Part shown: one piece after another, positions 50,825 through 64,000 of the stretch
How positions within the stretch are numbered: the first letter of the stretch is position 1
Layout of the letters: the number at the start of each line of letters is the position of its first letter
Source: Lepidodermella squamata
Lineage: Eukaryota > Animalia > Gastrotricha
Direction of reading: 5' to 3'
DNA: 64,000 nt
Assembly (NCBI GenBank): GCA_047495785.1
Contig: JBLDXI010000003.1
Location: forward strand, 3,720,001-3,784,000
Made by a program: the position numbers and the translations under genes
The notes under the pieces: model-generated
What the model was told of the DNA's origin: nothing
The model's input: only the letters and a program-made list of their open reading frames with translations
Databases searched by the model: none

Positions 50825-52042
50825 TATTCTGCTCTGGATCACATTCCCATTTTTATTGCGAAATAAATCGGCGAATATTTTAAAGAATTCAAATGCTTCA
50901 TTATCTAAAATCTAACAAAATTAAATTGAATAACTTCGGAAAAAAAATTAGCTCATAAATTGAAGGTGAATTGTAGTAAAAACAAGGAGAGGGGTGATTA
51001 GTCTAGCATGATGTGAATTTTTGTTTCGAGTGTTGATCGCGCCGGATTGTTTTTTATAACACTTAGCAGGTGTGAAGACGTGTGATGATGATGATGTGAG
51101 GAGGAGAATTTTTTTACGCTCGCGGCTGCTGGCTTTTTTTTTGTTATATACCGGGCCTTGTTGGGCGGTGCGGGCAAATAAAGCCAGGTGTACAACATGC
51201 TATAATCACCGCCTTTTCATATCAAGATGGAAAAAAATATAATATCATCAAGTTATTTCGATTCGTGTACTTTAAATATACAAATGACAAAAAGTGTTAA
51301 GGTGGATCTTATGAAGTGCCTGGACGAGTGGATAAGCTGAAAGCGCACGCCGTTTAAACGATTTGACATCAATTTATCACCTGCTAATAATGAAAGGTCA
51401 TTCACATGAAATTAATGTGATATGACCTGGATTGTGGGCTATTGTTCTCAATCGATGCGTAATTGCGGGGCAATAAAATTTGCCTTGAAAAACAAAATCG
51501 CTCATGCGTAAAATAATCGTTTCAACAAAAAGTGTTTCAAAAATACTGCCATAACGCTTGGCTGGGCCTTGAAACGTAGTAAACAGCAAATGAAAAACAC
51601 TCCGTAATTTATTAAATAATACTTAAATATCAAAAGTTCATCATGAAATAAAAGTAGTAGGTATCTAACCTTCTTATAGGACCAATTTTGCTAAATTTAG
51701 TACCAAACGCACTGGGTAACGGGGCAAAATGTAGCAGCACATCTCCCCCCACAAAATACTCGCGTGAATTTTTTATTCGTTTTTATTTTTATAAACAAGC
51801 CAATTAACATTATATATCAGGCAAAATAATCAAAAATTCATATTAAAAACAGTAGACGAAAGGAATTTTTCCTCGTAAAACACGGGTATCAGAGAGAGAA
51901 AGTAAGCGATAAAATAAACAAACACCAAGCCGATTAGTCAATAAATTATACAGTACGCCGGGAACATTCTCGAGTAAATAATCTCGATATAAAAAAATGA
52001 GAGTAGAATTTCACACGCGTTTTTTTTGTGTCATATATTTTT

Positions 52043-55000
52043 TCAAATTTTAATTTCAGATATAGACAATGCGTCTTTAGTGTTGTCGGTACTTCGCGCC
52101 GAACTCGGCCGACGGTCGATGCCCAGCCGTCGACTGTGGCTGTTACCGCGTGATGCTTTTTCGTCGCTGTTCGAAAACCAAAGTTGGCTGGCTTTCGGCT
52201 TTTTGATCGCCGCAAATCGGGCGGCTACAACGTGCCAGTGGGCCCGCGAGCCCGACGAGTGAAATTCGCTGGAATTAATACGCTTCCTTATGCCATTCTT
52301 ATGGCCATGCTCGCCGTACAAGCTGATATCGTCCATGTCACAGTTTTCATCCTCGATTTCGTCATCACCGAATTCGTCCGCATCGCCGAATTCAGTTTCG
52401 ATACGCTGCATCAGCAACTTGAGCATGTCCTGTTGCATGTCCAATTTCGACGTGACCGACGTCATTTGCCGCGATTGTACCGTCATTTCTTCGAGCAGAT
52501 ACGCAAAATCATTTTTGCTCTCAATATCGCCATCAAAATCGTGATCACTTGATTGGTCGAGGTTATAGAATTCACTGACAACGCCGCGAAATTTCTAGAA
52601 AAAAATATGATTCATTAATTAATTTATAAAATTTTAAATCTCGAAAAATCAATATCAATTTGGTGATTCATTGAAAAGCGAAATTTTTAATGAGCTGAAT
52701 TATTTATTACCTCGAGAAACTCGTACTGCGATCGGTTTGGAAAGCATTTATACTCGGTGAAGGCGTAACGGCGGCGGAAACACATCGGCAATCGGTAAAG
52801 TTTGCGCTCGAGCAGCGTGAAGTACTCGACCTGCATGGCGAGTCGCTTCAGGCGCGCGTTTTTCTGAACGCTTTCAATGTCGCCAACCGCAAGACCGACC
52901 AACAAGTTCATCAGCAGCGTCGGGATCAACATGATGAAAACGATGAAGAAGACGTAGGTCAAATCACCGTAAATTAGCTCACGCCGACCTGATGTGGGAA
53001 AAAAACAATAAAATAAATGTCACACATTTTGATTGAAAGTTTGTTTGACTCACCGTCAAGACTTGGCGTGATGATGTGAACGTAATTCGCTTCACCAACC
53101 ATCATTGATAGAGTTGTCATCATAGAAATCAGCGGGTTTTTGAACTCTTGCGTTGGACCACGCTGATTAAAATAAATGAATTTTCGTGATATATATTTTA
53201 AGGAGGAATTTTTCAAATTACTGTTGTGCGGAAAACCATGTTGAATGATAAACTGAAGGCGATGATGATGAAGCTGAAGACAACCAGTGCTCGCATTAAG
53301 GTTTTGAAAATTTCGATGAACATGATGACGTATAGGCCGAAGAACTCGAATCTGAAATTCAAAAAATTGATAATGCCGCAATTTTTTCGATAAAAAATTA
53401 TGCGAACCTTTGCATGTATAGTAGCAGGATTATCCACCCTAACAATAGGGAGATAGCGGCACATGTCAGTTGGTAATGGATATCCAGGCAATTGTTCTCC
53501 GAGAAAAATGGGAAAATTGCGAAAAATGTCGTGAAGTAAAGCGTCCACTCAAGATAATGCTGAAAAATTAAAGAAAAATTTGAAATTATCAACAATAAAT
53601 TAGGCGGGTGTCTCAGTCGTTAGGACACTAATTTTGAGTTCTCAATTTTTTTCAGAGTGTTTTGGGATTTTACCAAAAAAAACCGAAAATTCCCGACAGC
53701 TCAAGATTTTTCATCGCTCTGATTTCTTTGAATTTTTCAATCATTATTAATATTTTATATCAAAAATAATATTTTATACCGTAAATTCGAGAAAATAAGC
53801 CAGCTTTCTCTGAATGATTGAGCCGACATGAGCAAGCACATTGAATCCGCAAAATGCAACAACAACCAGCATTCGCATGAACATGTTGTTAGTTATCGTT
53901 TTCATACTCTGCAATAAAAAAAGACGAGCAATCGATTTTTTTTTAGTCCCCACGAATAACTGAAGCATACCAAATTGCTGCTCACTGACGGGTGACCATT
54001 TGCGTCTATGCGCGCTGTACTATTTAACGTTTCATTTTGAATTTGCATCATCGAAGTTGTTCCAGGTGTCGCAGACACGTGGTCGTAGTCTAACGGGGAG
54101 GCTTCGTAGTCGTAGCCTGAATGGCGGATAGGTCCCGGCGGATTGTTGATAACTATCGAGCTGTCAATTTCCAGAGCTACTGATGTCAGAAAGGCTAGGA
54201 AAACCATGTAAATCCCAACGCGTAGGTTATAGAAGACAGAACCGTACGTATTCCTGGAAAAAAATTCGCGTGAGTTATTGGGTACAAATTCCTAAATTAG
54301 ATTTCGAACCAACCATTTACGCTTGAGAAAAGCAACGCAAACAGGGTGAGCCAGGCAATCAACGCGATTGTATTTAACCATCATCTGGAAAAATCGACAA
54401 AAACTATAATATTACCCTAAATTATTGCGAAAAATACATACATTCATCGGCATTAAGGGCAAATTTTCCAGTTTATGCTCGCTTTTCCTGCTCTCGAAAT
54501 CGTCCGGAGTTCGAAGGTAGCGAAAATCGAATCGGATGTAAAAATTGCGGCTCTTTTTGTTCTCGTTTGAATAAGTCAGGCATTTATCCAGGAATAGAAG
54601 CGCAACTTTCGGCAAATTTTGAATCAGACCAATCAGGGGTGTTCCAAAGGTGCTTCGCAGCTGCATGGCCTCCTCGCAACGGCCGTGGTTGATGATAGCA
54701 GCCGCGGCATCGGCTTGAAATTTCGAGATGGCCAGGTCGAAAAAAGTCGCGCCATCGTCGTTGACATCGAACGTTGCTTCAGATGACATCAAGTAGTCGA
54801 CGACCAGGGCGTGGTTGTTCAAGGCAGCCAGGTGTAAGGCGGTGTTGCCCTGTTTGTTGCCGTTGTTCAAGAGATGAGGCGCGAGGCCGACTAGCAGGAC
54901 AACGGCTTCGTGGTGGCCGAACTCGGCGGCCAGGTGCAGAGGCGTGTTATGCATGAAATCTTTATTCATGAGTGCACCTTTGCGAACGAGAAGCGCAATG

Positions 55001-57082
55001 ACCTAAATAATATGAAAAAATAATTTAAAATTGTTTATGATTAAAATTAAAATAGGAAAATCTAAAATTGCAAATAAATTAAAAAAATAAGAAGGTTTAC
55101 AATTATTAAAATAAATTGAAATTTTTTTTAGAAATTGAAGAAATTTATTACTGCCTAAATTTATTTATTTTTCAATTTTTTCAAATTTCAAATTAAATTA
55201 GCAATTTTAAATTTAAATTTTTTATTATTAATTTTTTTCATCTTTTCATTATTTACTCATCTCAATAAAAAAAGTAATTCATACTTTTAACATACCTTAT
55301 AGTGGCCATATTGGCAAGCCGTGTGTAAGGGAGTTCGACCATCGCCATCAATTTCGTTGATCAAAAGTGACCCATTTTCGGAACTCAACAAATTTCGACA
55401 CGTCTGTAGCTTGCCGTATTTCGCCGCTAAATGCAGCGGGTTCTTCTTGTCGTTATCCTTCAACGTCACCGTCGCGCCGAGTTCGAGCAGGCCGCGCAGG
55501 GTGCCTAGTTGCCCAGCCTTAGACGCGTAGTGCATCGGCGTGCAGCCGAAATCGTCCCGTTCGTTGAGTAGCAACTTCAGATTTTTAATCGCCCCCAGGT
55601 CGATATCTCGCAACTTTGACCCGTTCAAGATCAAAATGTGCAGAAAATTACGGTTGTCCTTATCCTTCAAATTCGTATTAGCCCGGCGGTTAAGGAGGAA
55701 ATTGACCGAACGACTCGCGTTTTTCGACGCGGCTAGGAGAAGCGGTGTTCGCCGCTCGCCGTCCTGGGCATTTATCGAAGCGCCTTCATTGATCAGGTGC
55801 TCAACAACCTCGACGTGGTTCAACATAGCGGCCTTATGCAGGGGCGTCTGTTCGAGAATGTCCCGACAATGGATGCAGGTCTCGCGCCGCTCTGGCTGCG
55901 CCTCAAACATCAGCTTTATCATCTCAAGACCACCCTGAGCCGCGGCGTAGTGAATCGCCGTCTGCCGATCATTCGCCTGTTGCGCGTCGATTTCTGCCCC
56001 AGCTTGAAGGCAAACTTTCACCGCCTTAATGTCACCAGAATTAACAGCTGCGTGAAGTGGCATGTTTTGCTCCTTATCAGGCATATGGATTAAGGCGGAT
56101 CGAGTGATCCCCTTTTGCTCGGCGAATTCTAGAAGGATATCGATAACGTTAGCCGAGCCATTTCGGGTCGCGGAGTGGATCGGAGGGCATCCAACGTCGT
56201 CTCTTTTATTCAGATCTGACCCATTTTCCAACTAAATTGAGGTGGGAATAATAATTAAACTCAATTGCCCAAGTTTCGAACTTACCAAAAATCGAGCTAT
56301 AGCCGATGAATCCTTAGAGGCGGCAACATGTAGAGCCGTAGCACCCATATCACCGGGTATATCAACCGTCCAAGGATTTTTCTGGACGATCATCTGATGA
56401 AAAAATGATATAAAACTAGAAAATCCAGCTTAATACCCCGACTTACCTTGACCATTTCAAGGCGCAAAAGTTCGACAGCATAGTGGATTGGCGTGTGATT
56501 TTGGTTATTTTTCACGGCCAAATCAGCTTTATGGTCGAGAAGCCATTCAACCGACTTGATTTGATTCTTTTCAATCGCCCAGTGCAGCGGGGTGTTGCCC
56601 AACTTATCTCGCGCATTGATATCAACATTATGCGGGATTCCATACGTTTCAAGGTGGTCCAATATATGAATCCTTGACCATGTAACAGAATGATGAACCA
56701 CATTTTGGCCTCGATAGTCGCGGACTGTCAGGCGGTTTCGATCCTCTTGGATTAGCCGTGTTACTTTCTCCAGATTACCCTGAGCCGCTACTTTCAGGAT
56801 ATAGTAGGGTGACTCATCGAATAGGCAAACTAATTTTTCGGTCGATTTCTTAGACGGTATAACGCCTCGCCCAGTGTCGATCTCGATTTTAGGCGGCAGG
56901 TCTTTCTTGCCAGCTGTAAAGTCGTACTCGCTGATTTTCGCGACTTCAATCTCGCCATTCGGTGTATCAACACTGCTGCTTTCACTGCCAGTTGGGCTGG
57001 TTGCTCGATTGAAAAATCGAGTGTAAAGACTCGCTAGTATACTCTGACTAGAGCCTTTAGGTGAATTTTTCTTCATAACCAT
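52043..57082 (-). CDS. TRPA1: TRPA1-like channel, copy D (most canonical)
   Basis: Ankyrin array; HPVCVAFLKRKW; filter MMVGEANY; NLLVGLAVGDIESVQKNARLKRLAMQV; coiled coil and acidic cluster DADEFGDDEIEDE. Confidence 0.94.
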
Positions 57083-57521
57083 TTAATCCTATAAATTCGA
57101 AAAAAATGAAGTAAAATAAATGTCATAGAGCAAGAATAGCTAGGAGTCCAAAGTCGCAGGAACGAATTAATTAAATCGGACAAAAAACAAAAATTAACCG
57201 AAATCCGTTTGGTTGGCTGGTAAATTGAAGCCTTTTAGCATGAATTATTTAGTCAACCGAAATGTTACAGAATTATTTATAGATTAATTGGTTGTTTTTT
57301 TCGCGACTGCCGAGCTAGGTGACGACGCGGTTTGCGGCGATATTTCATTTTGCGTAGTCAGGCGCAGAAAAATAATTTGCATTTGCGACTCGCGGGCCTA
57401 AAATCGAAAGCTCTTGGAATATTAAACGAGAAATCACGGAACGGCCTGCTTTCTAGCCCTACTAAATTTTAAGCGTTTTAGCCACGTGTACAATCGATTG
57501 TTGGTTAATCATGCTGCTGAA

Positions 57522-57526
<5 letters not shown>

Positions 57527-57555
<29 letters not shown>
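57527..57555. repeat. (AG)14 microsatellite upstream of TRPA copy D
   Basis: Direct reading of the sequence. Confidence 0.95.
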
Positions 57556-57557
<2 letters not shown>

Positions 57558-60500
57558 TACAAAACGGGCTCTTCCTCTGAAGAGTAGGAAGAGTAGGAGA
57601 GGGTCCATTTCAAGTTCGATTAAACTCTAGTTCTTGAATCATCAATTCTCTAATAATTGATACGACAATACTAAAGAGTTCATGATGATGTCAGGCCTCT
57701 GAGTTCTGCACAATGTATGCCATACTGAAATTGAGACACCCTGTCCAGCAGATAATCGGACCTTCCCGGGGCGTTGAGTGCGATAGTTGAAACGACAACG
57801 CTTAATTGCTAGCAAGACAAATGCCAACGTTATTAAATGCATATATTCTCTTATCGGTATAATTTTTCGATAGTCAGACAGAGGACGTAATTCGGGAAAG
57901 AAAAATAAAATTGCCAATATTTTAACGAAAATTTCGGAGTTTTCGAATGTCATTTTCTAGTTTTTTAACTGAAATTATTCCTCTTATCGCAGACTATTTT
58001 AATCAAGTACTTACTGTTGAATGAGGATCCATGAATATTAAGTGATGATATAGCAAAAAAACAGGTCCAAGTTTTCTGAGTAAAAAAAAATGATTGATTC
58101 GAAACTCAATATTTTCTGCCCTTGTGAAAGACAGCTCCCAGTGTTATTTTTATTATTTTCTTTCAATCTCAGTGTCTCTCCCTTGCCGCTTGACTGATTG
58201 CGACCACAGCGCAAGCCAGTTGTTCCGCCTGTCAAACTCCGCATGTCACTGCTAGCCATAGTCACGAAAATCGAATTGAAGTCATGACCCCGCAAGTAAG
58301 GACCGTGACGTAGTGTTATGAACATCAATCGCGACTAATTCAGGCTATTTACTTGATTATCTAAACACAGGTAAACATCGCTGATTCACCAAAGTTACGC
58401 CCCGTTAGCATCAGGATGTTATTGTTTCATTATAACAACAAAATAGCAGTCTAAATAAATCAAAAGACTTGTCTATAAATAATAATGGTTTTATTATTGC
58501 CGTTAACCCAAGCGTTTTGACGTTGATAGAGATCGAGAGAGAGAGAGCGCGCAGGTTATGACGGCGTGAAATTGTTTTCGATAGCGCACATGTTTTATTT
58601 GAGTGGATCATAATCGGCACCTCATCACTGGGCAGAATCAACACGTCGCAAGCTATGTTAAGTGTGTACTGTATACTACTTGGTCTGCGATGCGCCTGCA
58701 ACCTGATGTAAAATATACCTGAGCCGCAGGCGGCCGTTGCGCGGCAAAAAAACACGATCGCCTGAGTGCGCGGACACAATGAGATGCGCAGATATTATAG
58801 TATTATAATGATACCGCGCCCGTGGCATAATAAAAACGTACATGTTATAATAATAAAAATGTGAACAATGGCAACGGTGCAATCGCATCACTAGCGGCGA
58901 TGTAAAAACCGCGCGTCGGTATATACCGGGGCGACTCATTATACGCTATATCTCTCTGAAAAAACCCGCGGCTAAAAGTAGCCAAAAGGCGAAAAACAAA
59001 CCCGGCATATTCTTGTAACGCGAATACCTAAATCGATTTTAGCTTTGTTTGAAAGATGCGCTGTGTAGTGGAATCAAGGTGAGCGGCTCTCGCTTAATAT
59101 ATACCGGAATAAATATATACTTACCTGATGTGTATATGTTAACCACGCGCGCGATTTAGGCCAATAACAAGGCTACGAGTTGTTATAATATATTTTGTTG
59201 CGTGCTCTCGCCCACACGCCGCTGTTTTTCCGGGTTCGAAGAGCCGGCTCGATACATTTTCACAAATCACAACAATAGCGGTGTTATCTCTGCGCTCATC
59301 GTTATGCGCGCGAAACAGTGCAAAGGCAGCGAGATTTTCATCGGCTTTTAGGTTGAAATTAAACAAACAGCCGTATCATCCGCCCGGAAAACCGCGCGTC
59401 TAAATAAATACCTGAAAATCGACTTTCAGATGCTGCAACTCCACTCAAGCATAGTATAACATCAAATGTAACAACATTAATGAAACAAGCTTTTCTGAAT
59501 TTCGCTAAATGAAAACAACAATAACTTATAAGATAACATTTCTTGCCATATGCGAGTTATTTTCGATAACAGCATTTTTGTGTTTATTATCGGCTTTATC
59601 TGTTTCAACCCTTGCTATAGTTTGTTACGCTCCGCTGCTTCGCCACCAGATTTTCTGGATGAGTGATGAAAAAACCACCTATCTCTCTAATTCATAACAA
59701 CGAATCAATCATTTGTAAAAAAATTATTTCGAACTTTCCTTCGTTTTATTCGACTGCCTAAAAGGAGAAAAATTGGCTCATGAATTTCCAATATAGTTTT
59801 CTGTAATTTATCATTGAAATTGGTCGTATTTTTTGTTATAGCCAAAAAATTATTAAAAAATCGTTAAAAGGTTAAATGTTTATTCGAGATTTTGATCTTT
59901 TTACGATGAATTAAAGCGGGATATTTTCAATTTTTCCCGAGGATCCTTCTTTCACGGAACCAAAATTCGCAAGTTGCGCAGCAAATTTAGGATAATCCAT
60001 TCGCTCAAAACTGTTTTTCAAAATTTTTTGGAAATTCATTACCAATGCGAAAAAAATCGAAATAAATTGCTATTAAATCCTTCTTATTTGAAGTATTTCT
60101 GATCATCACTTTGAAATTCGAAAACGATTTGGAAATCGTATTTAGCATAATTTTTCAAAAATGGCCAATGAATGTAAATAGCTACGTCTGCCTTTAATAG
60201 TTTTTGTTTCGTGGGTTTCACATTTGGAAGTTTGGTTCCACTACAACAAATTAGGTTCCACTAAAAGGAATTTGCCTTGCCAACTTGTTTAGTTCAAACT
60301 TTGAGGATAGCCTTGGCAGAAACGGCAAAAAGGAGCCAAAATGTAAAATGCCATGTCGGAATTTTTATACTCCTAGTTATCATTCAAGCGTGACACTTGG
60401 AGGGCCGTAGAGCACATCACCGTATGACTCTCATTAAAGCAGAGTGTCTAACCACTCTTTGAAGGTAGTGAATAGTACACTTGCGGCAATCTTAATGTGT

Positions 60501-60761
60501 TTATCTTGGAGAAAAAACCCACCTATGCTCCAAACCGCATGTGTTGGTATTCATAAACCGCATCGCTATACTCAACACGTTCTCAAGTGTTTCTATTTCT
60601 GCATGGTTGTATTTCGAACCAAGGTGGATCCGTTCAATGATGCCAATCGTTGCTGACAGCTAAATCTGGACTACTATTCTTTTGAATCCGTCTAGCTCAT
60701 CCTAGCTATTGGTAACCTAAGTGGATTATTTTTATAGATATTTTAACAAAATTGAGCTAAA

Positions 60762-62820
60762 ATGGCGGATGATGGCGTGACTGTGACGCTGTCACTTGAT
60801 GATGAACCTGCGGCTGAACCTTCAAGCAACGAATTCACCCTGGACGCTCCGCCTGAAGACGAAGGTTCCGGCCTGACGTTCACCCTGACAGCTCCGGAGG
60901 ACGTCGACGTTTCTGGCATCGTGCCAGAGCCCCTTTCAGACGAACCGGTCACCGTCGAAATCAGCTTGAGTGATGCTGTTCTTGGCGAAGAACCGACCGT
61001 AGCTTCGGCCGATATCGATTTGTCAGCAATTGTACCTGAACCGATTGCTGAGGAACCGTCTAATGAAGGAAATGTATTCACGTTGATGCTGCAGAATGAC
61101 GAGGAGGAAAAGCCGGTTGAAGCGGAGCCGGAATCTGCGATCACTATCACAATTGCTGAACCTGTTGAAGCTTCAGATCAGGCATTATCTGAAGGTAATT
61201 TCACAAGCGATTTCCCAAATCGATGAATATTAAATTTGGATCGCTCATGAGGGGTAAATGTGAAAAAGCTGGTAAATTTTTATGCAGCTATGCAGATCGG
61301 GGATAGGTATGAAAGCGAAGCACCAAGAGAACTAATTTATTAGCAGGAAATCAAGAAAATTTAAAATTCATGCTAAAATGTTCAAAATTAAGGTATTGCC
61401 CATCCATTTCGAAGTAATTGGAAATTCGCTGGGGAAACCCGGAAAAACCCGATGCTTCGGTAATTATCGGTATAAAACCCGGTTAGATCAAAATTCTCCG
61501 GATTTAATAATTCTTCTTGTCAAGATTTCATGGCTAATTAATATTTCGATTTCTTTCAATTATTTTTCTGACCGTGAAATTGGACGGAGCCTCTCATTTC
61601 GGAGTTATTGATCCTTTCCGTTTGGTTGCTTGTTTGGTTCCGTTGAATATATGCGACACGCTTCATCTGCCTCGATAGACTTTCAAGCCTTTTTAGATAA
61701 ATTCAGCCGATTGATTACAAAGTTGTTGATGTATCGCTAAATTCCCAGAAAAATAGAATGCCATCGACTCATTAGGGTTTTTTCGGCGAGGAAGATGGAA
61801 ATTTCTCTCAAAAAATAGTTTCTTATTTTTTTCTGAATTTCGTGTACATTTTCGAATTTTTCAGACACGCCAACAATACAAGTTGAAGTTCCGGCAGCTG
61901 AACCTGAACACGCAGCTGAAGAACAGGTGAACATCGAAGTTCTGAAAACCGCGGAGGAAGCTGAACCAGCTTCAGCCGTTGAAGTTCCTGAACCTGAACC
62001 TGAACCAGTTAGCGCAGTTGAGGCCACCCCTGAACCTATCATCGAATCTGCCCCGGCTGCGGAGCCTGAGGTAGTCGCTGCCGTACCTGTTGAAACCGCC
62101 ATCGAAGTCGAAGTCCCGGCGGTGGAGGAAGAAAGCCCAGCTCCGATTAGCGTGAAAATTGAAGAAAAGGAAGAATTTTTCGAAGCTTCCGCCTTATCGC
62201 CAGCTCCCGTTGAAGTGGTCGAAGAGGTAAAGCCTGAACCTGCTCCAGTTGTTGAAGAGACTAAGGTCGAAGCCGCCCCGGTTAAAGAACCCTCTCCGCT
62301 CAAGGAACCGTCTCCCGTGAAGGAAGTCGTTGCCGAACCAGTTGCTGAAATAAAACATGAGGAACCTGTGCAAGAACCTGTAGTTGAGGCCAAGCCCGAG
62401 GAGAAGCCAGCGCCTGTTGAGGCAAAGGTCGAAGAAGTATCAGCGCCAGTCGAAGAGCCGAAAAAGGAAGAGAAACCTTCGGAGCCTGTTGATGTCGCTC
62501 CTCCAATTTCGAAGGCCAAAGAGGCCGTTTCGCCAAAGACATCGTCGCCAGCCCCGGCTCCGGAGAAAATATCTTCGCCCAGAAACTCGTTAAGTTCGAT
62601 TGGCAAGAAAGCTTCCCTCGAAAAGAAGCCATCGATTGAGGAGAAGAAGAAAGAGCCACTATTTGGTGCTAAAGCTCTGCTGGAGAAGAGGTCCTCTGTT
62701 GACGAGAAAGAAAAGGCTAAAGCTGAAGCTTCGAAACCAGCCAAAGCTCCAGAGCCGGTAAAGGAACCCGAGCCTGTCAAAGAACCCGAACCGGTCAAAG
62801 AGCCCGAGCCAGTTAAGCCG
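60762..62820 (+). CDS. 5' exons of a Glu/Pro/Val/Lys-rich low-complexity protein; continues past the window
   Basis: Exons 60762-61194 and 61865-62820 join in phase (G/AC); KEPEPV and KEPSP repeats; gtaagt donor at 62821. Confidence 0.75.
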
Positions 62821-62932
62821 GTAAGTACCATAAAATCTTACTAACCTTCACAAATACTTTTTCCTAATAAAATCGCTAGTTTCCCCCCTTGTTGTCACCT
62901 ACCAATCCGAAGGTTTCTTAAGTCCAGAATTA

Positions 62933-63293
62933 CGGCATGTCCCAGAAATTACGCAATTATTTTTTAATTTGGCAACTTTTTGTATGAAATTCACTAAATT
63001 TGTCTAAATTTTACCTACCGAGGGAAAATTTCATCTTTTAAACGCGATTTAACCGAAGAAAACCCAGAAAACCCCGATTGTAACTGGTTCGGTAATTTTC
63101 GGTTTTTTCCCGGTTAGGCCAAATTTCTCCGGACTTTTCTAATCCAATTATCAAATGACATAGTTGATAAATATTCCCGTGATTTTTTGAAATTTCTAAA
63201 TTTTTTCTGGCCATGAAATGTGACTTCGTCTCTCATTTCAGGGTTTCTGAACCCTTTTCCGTGTATTTTCTTTGTTACCTATGGGACAGGCTG
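62933..63293. mobile_element. MITE, same family as 7747-8109
   Basis: Imperfect TIRs cggcatgtccca / tgggacaggctg; TA flanks; internal similarity to 7890-8100. Confidence 0.7.
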
Positions 63294-64000
63294 TAGTGGT
63301 ACGGTATCTTATGCTAGAAATTAATGTTTATTAAGGAAATATAAAAAGGGCAAACGCAGTAAAAACAAATACGGATTAAGCTGTACGCTGTTTCGTTTTA
63401 TTCTAAACACCCGGAGAAAAGGCGGATTACCTGTAGCCACTCGTGTTTTCTGAGGATTCGCCACCAGCTGCCGCTGCTGCTTTTTTGCGGTTCCTAATTT
63501 TTTCTCGATTTTTTGCGTAGTTTACTTGTTGAACACAGCGCACTAGTTTTTCAAGCTGCACAAAACTGTTATTTGCGGTAACATCTTTCATCTGTCATCG
63601 AACCATTTGCCCGTTATATATGCTTTACTCATCAATCATCGATAAAATTAAGTAAGAGCCACTTATGCGTGGGAACATCTAGCCGATTTCTATCACTAAT
63701 CGACCGTTATTTGCGTACTTGCTCCAGATTTTCTGTTGTATTATATTTACGCACTCAATCATGTAGCCGAAAATCGACACCGCTATTATTACTATTATTT
63801 GGTGTGGGACCCATTATTATTATTACTATTTCGGCTAATATCGAACGGGCAGATGTGCGTTATATTCCGTGAAGCTAATAAACTCAACGTGGGTTTGAAG
63901 CAACATTATTTCTCCCCTCAAAGCCGGCCATTTTTTCATCTCATGTCCGATCAGTTGTTTTTATGTGAATTTTTTTTTGTATGTAATAATTTCATCGCAT

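Noticed and set aside
57640-60660. Several 60-120 aa ORFs in the large intergenic region
   Set aside because: No domains or coding-like composition; probably regulatory or 5'-UTR intron sequence between divergent genes.
61737-62831. 364-aa minus-strand ORF (Ser/Gly/Thr-rich)
   Set aside because: Antisense shadow of the Glu/Pro-rich + strand exon, which has proper splice sites and phase.

Overview
Gene-dense invertebrate (metazoan) genomic DNA with mostly 45-55 nt GT-AG introns; the species cannot be identified from the sequence. Most genes are on the minus strand. In order: (1) the 5' end of an unidentified gene at the left edge; (2) three tandem Src-like tyrosine kinases with an unusual N-acyl-FN3-SH3-SH2-kinase layout, the third a pseudokinase split by a 2.6-kb Sola2-like DNA transposon; (3) myo-inositol oxygenase; (4) a tail-less GABA-B-like class C GPCR (+); (5) four TRPA1 paralogues in two pairs, with four divergent nuclear receptors between the pairs; (6) a predicted secreted Sushi/CCP-ankyrin fusion protein between TRPA copies C and D; (7) the start of a Glu/Pro-rich protein (+). 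There are also many MITEs (one nested in another) and a LINE 3' remnant. The strongest novelty is TRPA copy C (43056-47845). Its reading frame looks intact, but it carries arginines at four pore or pore-exit positions, including the acidic selectivity-filter residue (GEANY to GRANY), so it is a candidate charge-reversed, possibly anion-permeable or modulatory, TRP subunit. All gene models were spliced by eye and need RNA-seq confirmation.
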